Part shown: piece after piece, positions 8,919 through 17,664 of the stretch
Position numbering within the stretch: the first letter of the stretch is position 1
Layout: every line of letters begins with the position of its first letter
NCBI GenBank assembly: GCA_050260475.1
Contig: JBLNCG010000019.1
Coordinates: 10,166-74,165, forward strand
From: Bacillota bacterium
GTDB taxonomy: Bacteria > Bacillota > UBA4882 > JBLNCG01
DNA length: 64,000 nt
Direction: 5' to 3'
Position numbers and translations under genes: made by a program
The notes under the pieces: generated by a model
The model's input: the letters and a program-made list of their open reading frames with translations, nothing else
Told to the model about the DNA's origin: nothing
The model's database searches: none

Positions 8919-9692
8919 GTGAACGAAATTTCTGGAAAGGAAATCCGATTGGGGCGCCTGTTTAAACAAGGGAAGCGCCTGTTTATCGTTCCCATGGACC
9001 ACGGTATCACTTCCGGCCCTTTGGGCGGACTGGAAGATATAAGTAAAACAGTAAAGCAGGTTTCCGAGGGCGGCGCCGACGCAGTAATCGTGCACAAAGG
9101 CCTGGCCAGGTATATTTCCTCCAATTTAGCTCCGGTCAACTGTGAATTGATTATTCACCTTTCGGCTTCCACATCTCTTGCCGCGGATCCGAGCAGAAAG
9201 GAACTGGTTTCCTCGGTTGAACAGGCGATAAGGCTGGGAGCAGCGGCGGCTTCAATTCATGTAAACCTGGGAACGCCTTCCGAACCGCAAATGTTGAAAG
9301 ATCTGGGATGGGCGGCGGAACAATGCGATCGCTGGGGTTTGCCCATGCTGGCCATGATGTATGTAAAAGACGGAAAACCGGAGAGCGAGTACGATGCGGG
9401 TAAAATCAGGCACGCTGCGAGAATCGCGGAAGAATTGGGCGCAGATATCATAAAGGTTAATTATACAGCTACACCGGACACTTTTTCCATGGTGACATCG
9501 TCGGTCAAATCGCCGGTAATAATCGCCGGCGGCCCGAAGGCGGATTCCCCGGACGCCCTTTATCGAATGATCAAGGAAGCTGTAGCAGCAGGGGCCCGGG
9601 GGGCCGCCATCGGAAGAAACGTCTTCGGAACCGCCGATCCGGTGAGTGTGTCCCGAACAATCCGCCGGATCCTGGATAATGAAATCCAATGA
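8919..9692 (+). CDS. DhnA-type class I aldolase-family enzyme, consistent with 2-amino-3,7-dideoxy-D-threo-hept-6-ulosonate synthase (AroA')
   Basis: LFIVPMDHGITSGP is typical of the DhnA/ADH-synthase family. GTG start with AAAGGGGG upstream. It sits immediately downstream of aroB'. Confidence 0.7.
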   Translation: MNEISGKEIRLGRLFKQGKRLFIVPMDHGITSGPLGGLEDISKTVKQVSEGGADAVIVHKGLARYISSNLAPVNCELIIHLSASTSLAADPSRKELVSSVEQAIRLGAAAASIHVNLGTPSEPQMLKDLGWAAEQCDRWGLPMLAMMYVKDGKPESEYDAGKIRHAARIAEELGADIIKVNYTATPDTFSMVTSSVKSPVIIAGGPKADSPDALYRMIKEAVAAGARGAAIGRNVFGTADPVSVSRTIRRILDNEIQ

Positions 9693-9791
9693 ATCCCGTT
9701 CCATTCAATAATGGATTAGCTCCCTCAGGAATGATATTCGAGCCGGTCCTGTCCGGGAAAGGAGGTGTCAAACGTGCCCAAACAGGAATTA

Positions 9792-9929
9792 ATGGATGCC
9801 GTCGAGGCTTTCCGTAAAAAACTGGAAACCGCCCGCCAGGGAGGAAATATCGCCCAGGATGTGGTAAAAGCCGTCGGTGAATTGCTTAAGGATCTCGGCA
9901 TTGAAGATAAAAAGACAAAAACAGCTTAG
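9792..9929 (+). CDS. Hypothetical small protein (45 aa: MDAVEAFRKKLETARQGGNIAQDVVKAVGELLKDLGIEDKKTKTA)
   Basis: Unannotated short ORF. GAAAGGAGG lies upstream of an alternative GTG at 9774. A terminator follows. Confidence 0.3.
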   Translation: MDAVEAFRKKLETARQGGNIAQDVVKAVGELLKDLGIEDKKTKTA

Positions 9930-9956
9930 ACATGCGGAGCCTCGCGAAAAGAGGAA

Positions 9957-9980
9957 GGGAGGCCGGAGCCTCCCTTTTTT
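9957..9980. terminator. Bidirectional intrinsic terminator (GGGAGGC-CGGA-GCCTCCC followed by T6)
   Basis: Perfect 7-bp GC stem with a T-run on the plus strand. It abuts the stop of minus-strand argC. Confidence 0.7.
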
Positions 9981-9983
9981 GCG

Positions 9984-10940
9984 TTATTCCAACCCAAATC
10001 CCTCATCCATGCCGAGCATGATGTTCATGCATTGCACCGCAGCTCCCGAAGCGCCTTTCCCCAGATTGTCCAATCTCGCCAGCAGCAGGATTTGCTCATC
10101 GTTCCCGAAAATAAACAGTTCAGCCCGGTTGGTGCCATTGCACGCCGTCGGATCGAAATAGCCGCCGTCAGCTCCGGCCTCCGGATCGAGCGGCATAACT
10201 TTTACAAAACGCTCTCCTTTATAATAGCCGGCCAAAAAGGCATGAGCTTCCTTCACCGTCAATTTTTGCTTCAATAAACGGCTGAATAATGGAACAGCCA
10301 CCGCCATTCCCTGGTAAAAATCCCCCACAATCGGCGTAAAAAGTGGCGGCGCCGCAAGCCCCGATATCTGTAACATTTCCGGCAGGTGTTTATGGCTTAA
10401 TCCAAGCGCGTAATGCCTTGAGGCCGCCATATGAACCCCCCTGGCGGATCCCTCGTATTGTTCGATAAGCTTCCTGCCGCCTCCGCTGTAACCTGTAACG
10501 GAATGGCAGGTTACGGCATAATCTCTCGGTACTGCGCCCTCCGTTATAAAGGGATAAAGCAAAAGCACAAAACCCGTGGCATGGCAGCCCGGCACGGAAA
10601 CCCGTGCCGCATGGGCGATTCTTTCTCTCTGCGCGCCGTTTAACTCCGGAAGTCCATAGACCCATCCGGGATCAATGCGGTGCGCCGTACTGGCGTCGAT
10701 CACGCGCGTCTTACCGCTGCTTATCAAGGAAACCGATTCTCGGGCAGCGTCATCCGGCAGGCAAAGAAAAACCAGGTCAGCTTCGTTGAGAATCGCGCGG
10801 CGCACTTCCGGATCTTTCCGTTTCTCCCCGTCGACGCACAGGACTTCCAAATCCGGCCTGTTTGCCAACCGTTCATGAATTTTCAAGCCCGTGGTCCCGG
10901 CCTGGCCGTCAATATAAATCTTATATTTCAAGGTATTCAC
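9984..10940 (-). CDS. argC: N-acetyl-gamma-glutamyl-phosphate reductase, short (uncommon) form
   Basis: 318 aa with the motif SVPGCHATGF and a Rossmann N-terminus YIDGQAGTTGLKIHERL. Confidence 0.8.
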   Translation of the reverse strand: MNTLKYKIYIDGQAGTTGLKIHERLANRPDLEVLCVDGEKRKDPEVRRAILNEADLVFLCLPDDAARESVSLISSGKTRVIDASTAHRIDPGWVYGLPELNGAQRERIAHAARVSVPGCHATGFVLLLYPFITEGAVPRDYAVTCHSVTGYSGGGRKLIEQYEGSARGVHMAASRHYALGLSHKHLPEMLQISGLAAPPLFTPIVGDFYQGMAVAVPLFSRLLKQKLTVKEAHAFLAGYYKGERFVKVMPLDPEAGADGGYFDPTACNGTNRAELFIFGNDEQILLLARLDNLGKGASGAAVQCMNIMLGMDEGFGLE

Positions 10941-10946
10941 TCCGCT

Positions 10947-11933
10947 TTATTCAATAATCGCTAAAATCTCCTTAAAATCTGCGCAATAATAACCGCACAA
11001 CTCCCGGGTCCCGCTTTCGATGATATTGCCGCCCGCAATGCCCGCGGTGGGGAAACCCGCAATCCTTATGGAACATACGCCGGCGCCGCTGTCGTCGATG
11101 CCGAGCACCGTATTTCGCTTGGCGAAATCGATGCCCAGGCCGATGGCGCAGGTTTCGGCATAAAGCCAGGGATGAGGTTTGGGGGAAAGTTCCCCGAGCG
11201 TGCCGGGCTCCCCCTTCCGCAGGGGAAAGCCGGCGGAGATAATGGCGTCGTAAAATTCCCTCGGATCCCCCATACCCATCACATTAAAGGCGGCGACTAT
11301 TTCCGGCCAGGCTTTTTCATACAGTCCGGAAGTCACCAGGCCGATTTTTATCCCCGCGGTTTTTACCGCCAAAAGAAATTCCTTCAGCCCCGGCCTTGGT
11401 TTGAAGGCATCCGGCCTGCCATTTCCCATCAAGATTTCCCGCATCTCACGGCGCGCGTGCTCAAGGTACAACCTGCGGGCATCAGCCAGTTCGCTGCCGG
11501 GGCAGTATTTTTGCATGCAATACCGGAGGTGCTCCGTAACGCTATGCCCGGATACATAAGGTAGATCCGCCTCTTCCAGCGCAAAGCGGGGATTCCCCAG
11601 CAGGCTGCCGACAGTCAACTGGATAATCCAGACCCAGAATTCCTCGCTTTGCACGCTGGTGCCGTCCAGGTCCATCAGCACGGCCCGCACCGGCTTTTCC
11701 AGCTTCACCGGATGGACCGGATAATAGGCGGAATAATTCATGGCGGAAACAACATAAGCCAGAGTATAGTCCGCAAACGCAATAAACTCCACCTTGCGAT
11801 CCCCGGTGGCCGTGATGGAGCGCACCCCGTTCTTTCCGGCTGCAAAGCGCAGATCGCTGCTCCGCTTAAGAGGGATCATGCCGGAGTCCTTCGAAAAAGT
11901 CCCCAGCCCGGGAATGTCAACCAAGGGCTTCAT
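10947..11933 (-). CDS. HAD-superfamily hydrolase
   Basis: HAD motif I LMDLDGTSV, C-terminal GIDDSGAGV. The start is probably the internal ATG at 11933 (the ORF extends to 11978). Confidence 0.6.
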   Translation of the reverse strand: MKPLVDIPGLGTFSKDSGMIPLKRSSDLRFAAGKNGVRSITATGDRKVEFIAFADYTLAYVVSAMNYSAYYPVHPVKLEKPVRAVLMDLDGTSVQSEEFWVWIIQLTVGSLLGNPRFALEEADLPYVSGHSVTEHLRYCMQKYCPGSELADARRLYLEHARREMREILMGNGRPDAFKPRPGLKEFLLAVKTAGIKIGLVTSGLYEKAWPEIVAAFNVMGMGDPREFYDAIISAGFPLRKGEPGTLGELSPKPHPWLYAETCAIGLGIDFAKRNTVLGIDDSGAGVCSIRIAGFPTAGIAGGNIIESGTRELCGYYCADFKEILAIIE

Positions 11934-13131
11934 ATCCCCGATCCTTCTTTCCGACCCACAGTTTTCCGGCCTGGTCATAGCGCCAGTATGCGCCTTCGAC
12001 CGTCAGACGGTTCTTGGGCCAACCGGGAATCAACCTGAGCGTCTCCTCCCAGGATTTGACACCGCTGATGGCGTCGTAGGCCTGTACATTTTCACCCCCC
12101 ACTGCACAGGCGATCTTTAGCGCCTCCTCGATGCTTTTGCCCTTCAAGTACGCCGCCAGGAATCCGGCGATGCTGCTGTCCCCGGAGCCTGTGGCCGAGG
12201 CAATTTCAGGCACGTAAAAGCTTTCTTCATGGAGCTCCCGGTTGGCCCAATTGTTGACATCGGCAGGTCCGGCCTTGCCGGCGGAAGCCAGCCTTTCCCT
12301 GTCTCCGGTCCTGATGTAAAGGCCTTTTATCCCGCACTTAATCACCGTTATCTTGGCTCCCAACGCCAGCAATTTATCGCTCAGGATATGCAAACAATTG
12401 ATGTCGAGGTTTTCAAGGGGATCGCGCCCCTTGGCGCCGGTATTTAAACCCTCATAACCCGGCCGGTTGATCATGAACATCGTCTCTTCTGCGCTGGGCA
12501 GGTAAATATCCACATACGGCAGCAAATCCCGCAAAATCCCTTCCCAATTTACCCTGCCGGATTCGGATTCGGGATCGGGCAGGGCCATGTCCAGGGATGT
12601 GGTCACGCCCAATTCCTTAACCCTTTTGTAAATCGCCACCAGTTCGGCGCCGTTGTTTTCATATACTCTCCGCATCAGCGGCGGATATCCCAGGTGAAAG
12701 AGCCGTGCCCGCCCCACCATCTCATAGTTGATATCCGCGGCGCAAAAAGTATTGTTGGCCCCGGGATTGTGCAGGAAAATCCGGTCGCAGCCCGGCGGAA
12801 TGATCACCACCGTATAGGACGTGCTTTCGCCTTTAGCCACAATCATGCCGTCCGCGGCTTTTCTTTGCGCAAGCAGTTTCAGCACGCCCTCACCGAAAAA
12901 ATCGTCCCCCACCTTGCCCATAAGTTTTGTGTTTACGCCGAGGATATTCAGGGCGAGGCCGGTATTGGACACCGGCCCTCCGGTGGAAATCTTGACTGCA
13001 CCCATATTGATCAGTTTTCCGGGGGCAAGGATATCCTTGATATCCGTTTTGCCGGCAGTCTCAAAGGCAGGAATGATGTCAAGGCAGATATGCCCCGCCA
13101 CCACCGCCTCAATATCGTTTTTCCGCGCCAT
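11917..13131 (-). CDS. PfkB-family carbohydrate kinase
   Basis: Motifs GGPVSNTGLAL and TGSGDSSIAGFL. RBS GGGAGGA lies 6 nt upstream of the ATG. Confidence 0.75.
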   Translation of the reverse strand: MARKNDIEAVVAGHICLDIIPAFETAGKTDIKDILAPGKLINMGAVKISTGGPVSNTGLALNILGVNTKLMGKVGDDFFGEGVLKLLAQRKAADGMIVAKGESTSYTVVIIPPGCDRIFLHNPGANNTFCAADINYEMVGRARLFHLGYPPLMRRVYENNGAELVAIYKRVKELGVTTSLDMALPDPESESGRVNWEGILRDLLPYVDIYLPSAEETMFMINRPGYEGLNTGAKGRDPLENLDINCLHILSDKLLALGAKITVIKCGIKGLYIRTGDRERLASAGKAGPADVNNWANRELHEESFYVPEIASATGSGDSSIAGFLAAYLKGKSIEEALKIACAVGGENVQAYDAISGVKSWEETLRLIPGWPKNRLTVEGAYWRYDQAGKLWVGKKDRGYEALG

Positions 13132-13156
13132 CCGAATCCTCCCTTGTAGGGATTAT

Positions 13157-15310
13157 TCAATCCATTTCCACTATATAGACTTTTGTATCGAAACCTTTCA
13201 TGGCGGTATTTATAATCATTCTATCCTGCGCATAACTGCAGGCCACCGGATCCCCGGTGAACAGATCCATCACCCTGCCCTTGGCCATGACGGTCAATTC
13301 TGTTTCAAAAGTCCTGTTCAACGCATTGAGCAAAAACACCAGCCAGGTCCGGCCATTGATGAGGACCCTGGCGCTTACATCGGTCTGGTTTGTAAAGGCT
13401 TCCCTGAAAACATCCCTGTTGATGTCGCTGATGAATTGCAAAAAACCTTTATTGGCGGTGCCGTTATATTGATAAAACGGATTTGAGCCGATATAGACGG
13501 CCTTTCCTTTACCGTAATCGTTGCAGATTATGGCCGGTTCCCCGGTCTCGAAGACCCCCATCACCTTTCCGGTTGTGGGTTCCAGAACTTCCTTATAAAA
13601 ACCGGTTTCGATTCTGGCGCTTCCATAAACCAGCGGCGGTATTTCCCTGGCGGAGCGGATATCCCTGCGCACGCATCCGAACAGCTCGTCCAGGCCAAGC
13701 CCCGGCGCCTTGACCGTGGTGAAGAACGTCTCATCCAGCTGGCCCGCGGACGCCTCGCACACCAAAGTCCCCCCCGCAGCCACCCATTCCTTCAGCTTAG
13801 CGACGGAGCGCCTGCTGATCCATATGGGAAAAGGCAGATAGATGACTTTATACTGTTTATATTCCTGATCCACCACCAATTCATCGATGCGGACGAAATC
13901 GAGCAAGTAGTCAAGACTCCATAAGGCCTTGTGCAGGCCCTTGATGGAATTCTTGATCTGGCAGTGGCAGCCCAGGGCGGCATAATTAACCAGATCATTG
14001 ATGGGGGTTACACCCGCGGCGATTTTTACCTCCGGAAGGCGGGCATTTTTGATGAGATCCTCGTGCTGATGCACGATCCGGCTCAGTTCTTTCACCACCT
14101 GCAATCTCTCCGAGGGAGCGCCGTCCATGTCCGTCAATCCGAAGCCATACTCCAGCCCGAAAAGCTCGCACCGGTACTGCCAGAACAGGATTCCTTTTCC
14201 CCCCTGGGCGATGCCCGACCATGCCCACATCTTCAATCTCTCCGGCGTCACAATACCGGGATCGAAGGCGCCGGTCTGGACGTCCCGGATCCCTTCCATG
14301 GTGGTGGAATTGCAGATGAAACAGCGCGGTTCCGCATCGTTGCGGTGAATTCCCATTCCATAAGGGCCGGCTTGGAGTTCGGACATCCAGAACTCCTTTC
14401 CCCGCGCGGCGCTTCGGGCGCCGGCCATGGCGATAAAGTATTCATGCTCCGGGCCGCACTGCGGAAAAGCCGCCGTGCCGTATATATCCGCCTCCCCGGC
14501 GAAAGCCCAATCGTCGATGCCTTCCTTGGTCGCCGGGCGGGTTACTCCGCTGCCGCCGCGGGTATGGATGATCACCGGATGATCGGGATCGTTATCCCGG
14601 ATAGCCTTGACGCGCCAGGCTATGGTGTCCTGCAGCGCCCCCATGGAAAAAAGCCTCCAATCCACCCAGTCGGCATAGGATCCCCTGCGCCTCGGAGGTT
14701 GCGCCTCGTCGAACCGGCCGTATTTTCTGCGCCAGACGGCGTTCAATTTATTGATGTCGCCGCCATATTTAACCGCCAGCCATCTCTGAAACTTCGCTAC
14801 GGTCTTGCCGCAATAGCAGTAAATCTCATCGTTGTACCTGGCCGGTTCGAACAGCGGCTCGTTGGCCGGCTCCCATCCGTAAACCGCCGGATGACTGCGG
14901 AACCGCCTCACCACTTCGGTGATGTATTTTTTCCCTTCCGCCGCGACTTTTTCATGGTCGAAACAAAGCCCGGGAAAGCCGCCCGCGGGAGTATTGCCCA
15001 TCGCTTCAGGATAAAACCTGCGCCCTGTAGCGGAAACATATAGCGCTTCCGGGTATTTCCTCTGCGCCCAGGCGGGCGCGGATTCCAGATTGAACAGCAA
15101 AACGGCCTTCAGATCATATTTATGGCACAGGTCCAGCAGCGTCCGGATCTCCATAAAATCAAACCTGCCCTGCTTCTGGCTGTACCAGTTCCACATCAGC
15201 CACGCCCGGATGATATTCAGGCCGTTTTCCCGGGCTGTCTTCAAATCCTTTTCCCAGTTCTCCGGAAGAGGGGTGGGAGCCCGGTAGAATTGCGTCCCTA
15301 TTGGAAACAA
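13157..15310 (-). CDS. Beta-galactosidase, glycoside hydrolase family 42
   Basis: 717 aa with a GH42 N-terminal TIM barrel (FPIGTQFYRAPTP ... NIIRAWLMWNW). TTG start with AAAGGAG upstream. Confidence 0.8.
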   Translation of the reverse strand: MFPIGTQFYRAPTPLPENWEKDLKTARENGLNIIRAWLMWNWYSQKQGRFDFMEIRTLLDLCHKYDLKAVLLFNLESAPAWAQRKYPEALYVSATGRRFYPEAMGNTPAGGFPGLCFDHEKVAAEGKKYITEVVRRFRSHPAVYGWEPANEPLFEPARYNDEIYCYCGKTVAKFQRWLAVKYGGDINKLNAVWRRKYGRFDEAQPPRRRGSYADWVDWRLFSMGALQDTIAWRVKAIRDNDPDHPVIIHTRGGSGVTRPATKEGIDDWAFAGEADIYGTAAFPQCGPEHEYFIAMAGARSAARGKEFWMSELQAGPYGMGIHRNDAEPRCFICNSTTMEGIRDVQTGAFDPGIVTPERLKMWAWSGIAQGGKGILFWQYRCELFGLEYGFGLTDMDGAPSERLQVVKELSRIVHQHEDLIKNARLPEVKIAAGVTPINDLVNYAALGCHCQIKNSIKGLHKALWSLDYLLDFVRIDELVVDQEYKQYKVIYLPFPIWISRRSVAKLKEWVAAGGTLVCEASAGQLDETFFTTVKAPGLGLDELFGCVRRDIRSAREIPPLVYGSARIETGFYKEVLEPTTGKVMGVFETGEPAIICNDYGKGKAVYIGSNPFYQYNGTANKGFLQFISDINRDVFREAFTNQTDVSARVLINGRTWLVFLLNALNRTFETELTVMAKGRVMDLFTGDPVACSYAQDRMIINTAMKGFDTKVYIVEMD

Positions 15311-15502
15311 TTATCAGTCACTCCTTTTTGCATTCATCCTTCCAGGGGATTGCAAATCAATAAAAACAATATATCATGAAGAAGAGGCGCAAGTCAACCT
15401 GCGCAGGTTATGATGCTTCCTTCTTTATCCAGACTTCTCCATAGGGATAGCACACTTCACACTTTACAGTTCATGCTTTTAAAAGAACATATCACAGCCC
15501 AT

Positions 15503-16570
15503 TCAGGGCTGAAGCATGATCTCTATAACCCCCGTATCTCCTTCACTGGTAATCGCCGTCCCGTACTTGGCGGAGAAAAGGCGCAGGTCGTTTAAAACCC
15601 TCTCGGCGTCGGCGCCGGTTCGGGGCCGGGTCTGGTATAAAGTCTCCCAGTTTGCCACATTCATCGGATAGATGACCAACTTTTCCGGATGATTGCCGTT
15701 CCAGAAGATCTTGAAGACGGCGCTGTCGGTCACTTTCTTCGACATGGAGCTGAAGGCGAAATTTCCCAGGCTGTAGGCGATGATCTTTCCGCGGTAAATT
15801 TCGATCCCCTGCAGGACATGGGGATGGTGGCCCACCACCAGGTCCGCGCCGGCCTGAATAAGCGCATGCCCCACTTCCTCCTGGTAGGGCAAGGGGTAAT
15901 TTCTCAACTCCCCGCTCCAGTGGACCGCCGCCACCACCAGTACGGCTCCGGCATCCCGCGCCTTTTGAACGTCTTTGGCGAAATACTCCGCAGCGGCCCA
16001 GGCCATCCCGGATCTCGACGAGGTCGCGTAATACTCCATGGGAAAAACCCGCGCATAGGAAAGAAGGGCGATTTTACGGCCGTTTTGTTCGGCAAAGGCC
16101 GGTTTCCGGGCTTCGGACAGGTTGAAACCGGCTCCGGCGCGGCCGATCCCCCGTTCGTCCAGGACCCGCAAGGTTTCCGCCAGCGCCTGCGGCCCGTAGT
16201 CCATGATATGGTTGTTGGCCAGGGAAACCAGATCAAATCCGCCCGAAAGAAGGGCGTCCGCGGTGCGGGGATCGGCGTGAAGGTAAAACTGCTTTTCTTT
16301 CACATATTTGCCTCCGGCGAGAGACAGGGGCGACTCCAGATTCCCGATGGTAAAGTCGGAGGAATTTAAAAGATCCTTCACATAAATGAAAGGATAATCC
16401 GGGCCGTTTTTAAGTATTCTATCCTGCAAACCTCCGCCGAAATAAAGATCGCCCACCACGATGACGGAATAAACGCCGGGATCGGGAACCTCGGCGGCGT
16501 CCCCCGCCCCCGCCCGGGCCATGCAGGTAAATAAAACCGCCGCCGATATAAACAGGATACTTTTACGCAT
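15503..16570 (-). CDS. CapA/PgsA-family metallophosphoesterase (poly-gamma-glutamate-synthesis-like) with a signal peptide
   Basis: Motifs VVGDLYFGG and GADLVVGHHPHVLQG. RBS AAAGGAGG. Confidence 0.75.
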   Translation of the reverse strand: MRKSILFISAAVLFTCMARAGAGDAAEVPDPGVYSVIVVGDLYFGGGLQDRILKNGPDYPFIYVKDLLNSSDFTIGNLESPLSLAGGKYVKEKQFYLHADPRTADALLSGGFDLVSLANNHIMDYGPQALAETLRVLDERGIGRAGAGFNLSEARKPAFAEQNGRKIALLSYARVFPMEYYATSSRSGMAWAAAEYFAKDVQKARDAGAVLVVAAVHWSGELRNYPLPYQEEVGHALIQAGADLVVGHHPHVLQGIEIYRGKIIAYSLGNFAFSSMSKKVTDSAVFKIFWNGNHPEKLVIYPMNVANWETLYQTRPRTGADAERVLNDLRLFSAKYGTAITSEGDTGVIEIMLQP

Positions 16571-16689
16571 CTTGCGTCCTCCTTTTTATGGCAGACCCAA
16601 TACAATGTATATTCTTAACAAAAATATTACTTCCGCGGGGGATAAAAATTAAAAAAAAATCATATCCTGTCTCTGGTGGAGGTGAAGGC

Positions 16690-16785
16690 ATGCGCAAAAA
16701 TCGTTGCAAGTATTGTGGTACGTGGCATTGGTCCTGGGAAACTCATTGCCGCAAATGCAGCGGAGACCTTTTTGCACGGTTTTAG
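16690..16785 (+). CDS. Putative 31-aa zinc-ribbon peptide (MRKNRCKYCGTWHWSWETHCRKCSGDLFARF)
   Basis: Strong RBS GGTGGAGGTGA 5 nt upstream. Cys pairs CxxC ... CxxC. A GC-rich hairpin follows at about 16832-16870. Confidence 0.35.
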   Translation: MRKNRCKYCGTWHWSWETHCRKCSGDLFARF

Positions 16786-16911
16786 AAACTTGGTCACGGA
16801 TCCTGCAGGATAATGAACGCATCATGTTGATCTGCGGGGCAAGGATGAACTTGATTCCCCCTTGCCCCGCGCGGACCATATGAAACGCTTTGAGTGCGGG
16901 CTTCCCGCCCT

Positions 16912-17646
16912 TTACGATTCAGGCATATCCAGATTTGTATATACGTTTTGCACGTCGTCGTTTTCCTCCAGGCCTTCCACCAGCGCGACGGCGTTTTTTA
17001 AGGCGTCGCCGTCAAGGTTAATGGTATTCAGCGGCACCATCGCCAGTTCGGCCGAGGAAAATATCAGGCCCTTTCCTTCCAGTCCGGATTTGACCCGTTC
17101 AAAAGAAGCGGGGTCCGTGTATATCTCCATGACTCCGTTTTCCACCAGAAAATCTTCGGCGTCAACCTCCATAATCATCTCGGTTATTTTATCCTCGCTG
17201 TTGCTGTTCTCATCCAATTCCACCACAAGGATCCCCTTGCGTTTAAACATCCAGGAAACGCAGTTGGTCTCGCCGAGATTGCCGCCGTTTTTGGCGAAAA
17301 TGTGCCGGACCTCACCTGCGGTCCGGTTGCGGTTGTCCGTCAGGACCTCCACCAGCACCGCCATTCCGCCCGGGCCGTATCCCTCGTAAACTACGGATTC
17401 GTATGCGGATTGCTTCGCTTCGCCGATGCCGCGCTTGATCGCGCGCATGATATTGTCATTGGGCATATTGACGGAGCGCGCTTTCTGAATAACAAGCCGG
17501 AGCCGGAAATTGTGATCCGGATCCCCTCCCCCTTCACCGGCGGCGGTGATGATCTCCCTGGTGATCTTGGTAAAAGCCTTGGATCTTGCGGCGTCGGTTT
17601 TTTCCTTGCCGCGTTTGATCTTGGACCATTTAGAGTGGCCGGACAT
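16912..17646 (-). CDS. yebC: YebC/PmpR-family transcriptional regulator
   Basis: The N-terminus MSGHSKWSKIKRGK is diagnostic. Confidence 0.9.
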   Translation of the reverse strand: MSGHSKWSKIKRGKEKTDAARSKAFTKITREIITAAGEGGGDPDHNFRLRLVIQKARSVNMPNDNIMRAIKRGIGEAKQSAYESVVYEGYGPGGMAVLVEVLTDNRNRTAGEVRHIFAKNGGNLGETNCVSWMFKRKGILVVELDENSNSEDKITEMIMEVDAEDFLVENGVMEIYTDPASFERVKSGLEGKGLIFSSAELAMVPLNTINLDGDALKNAVALVEGLEENDDVQNVYTNLDMPES

Positions 17647-17664
17647 TGGGACACCCTCCTATTT

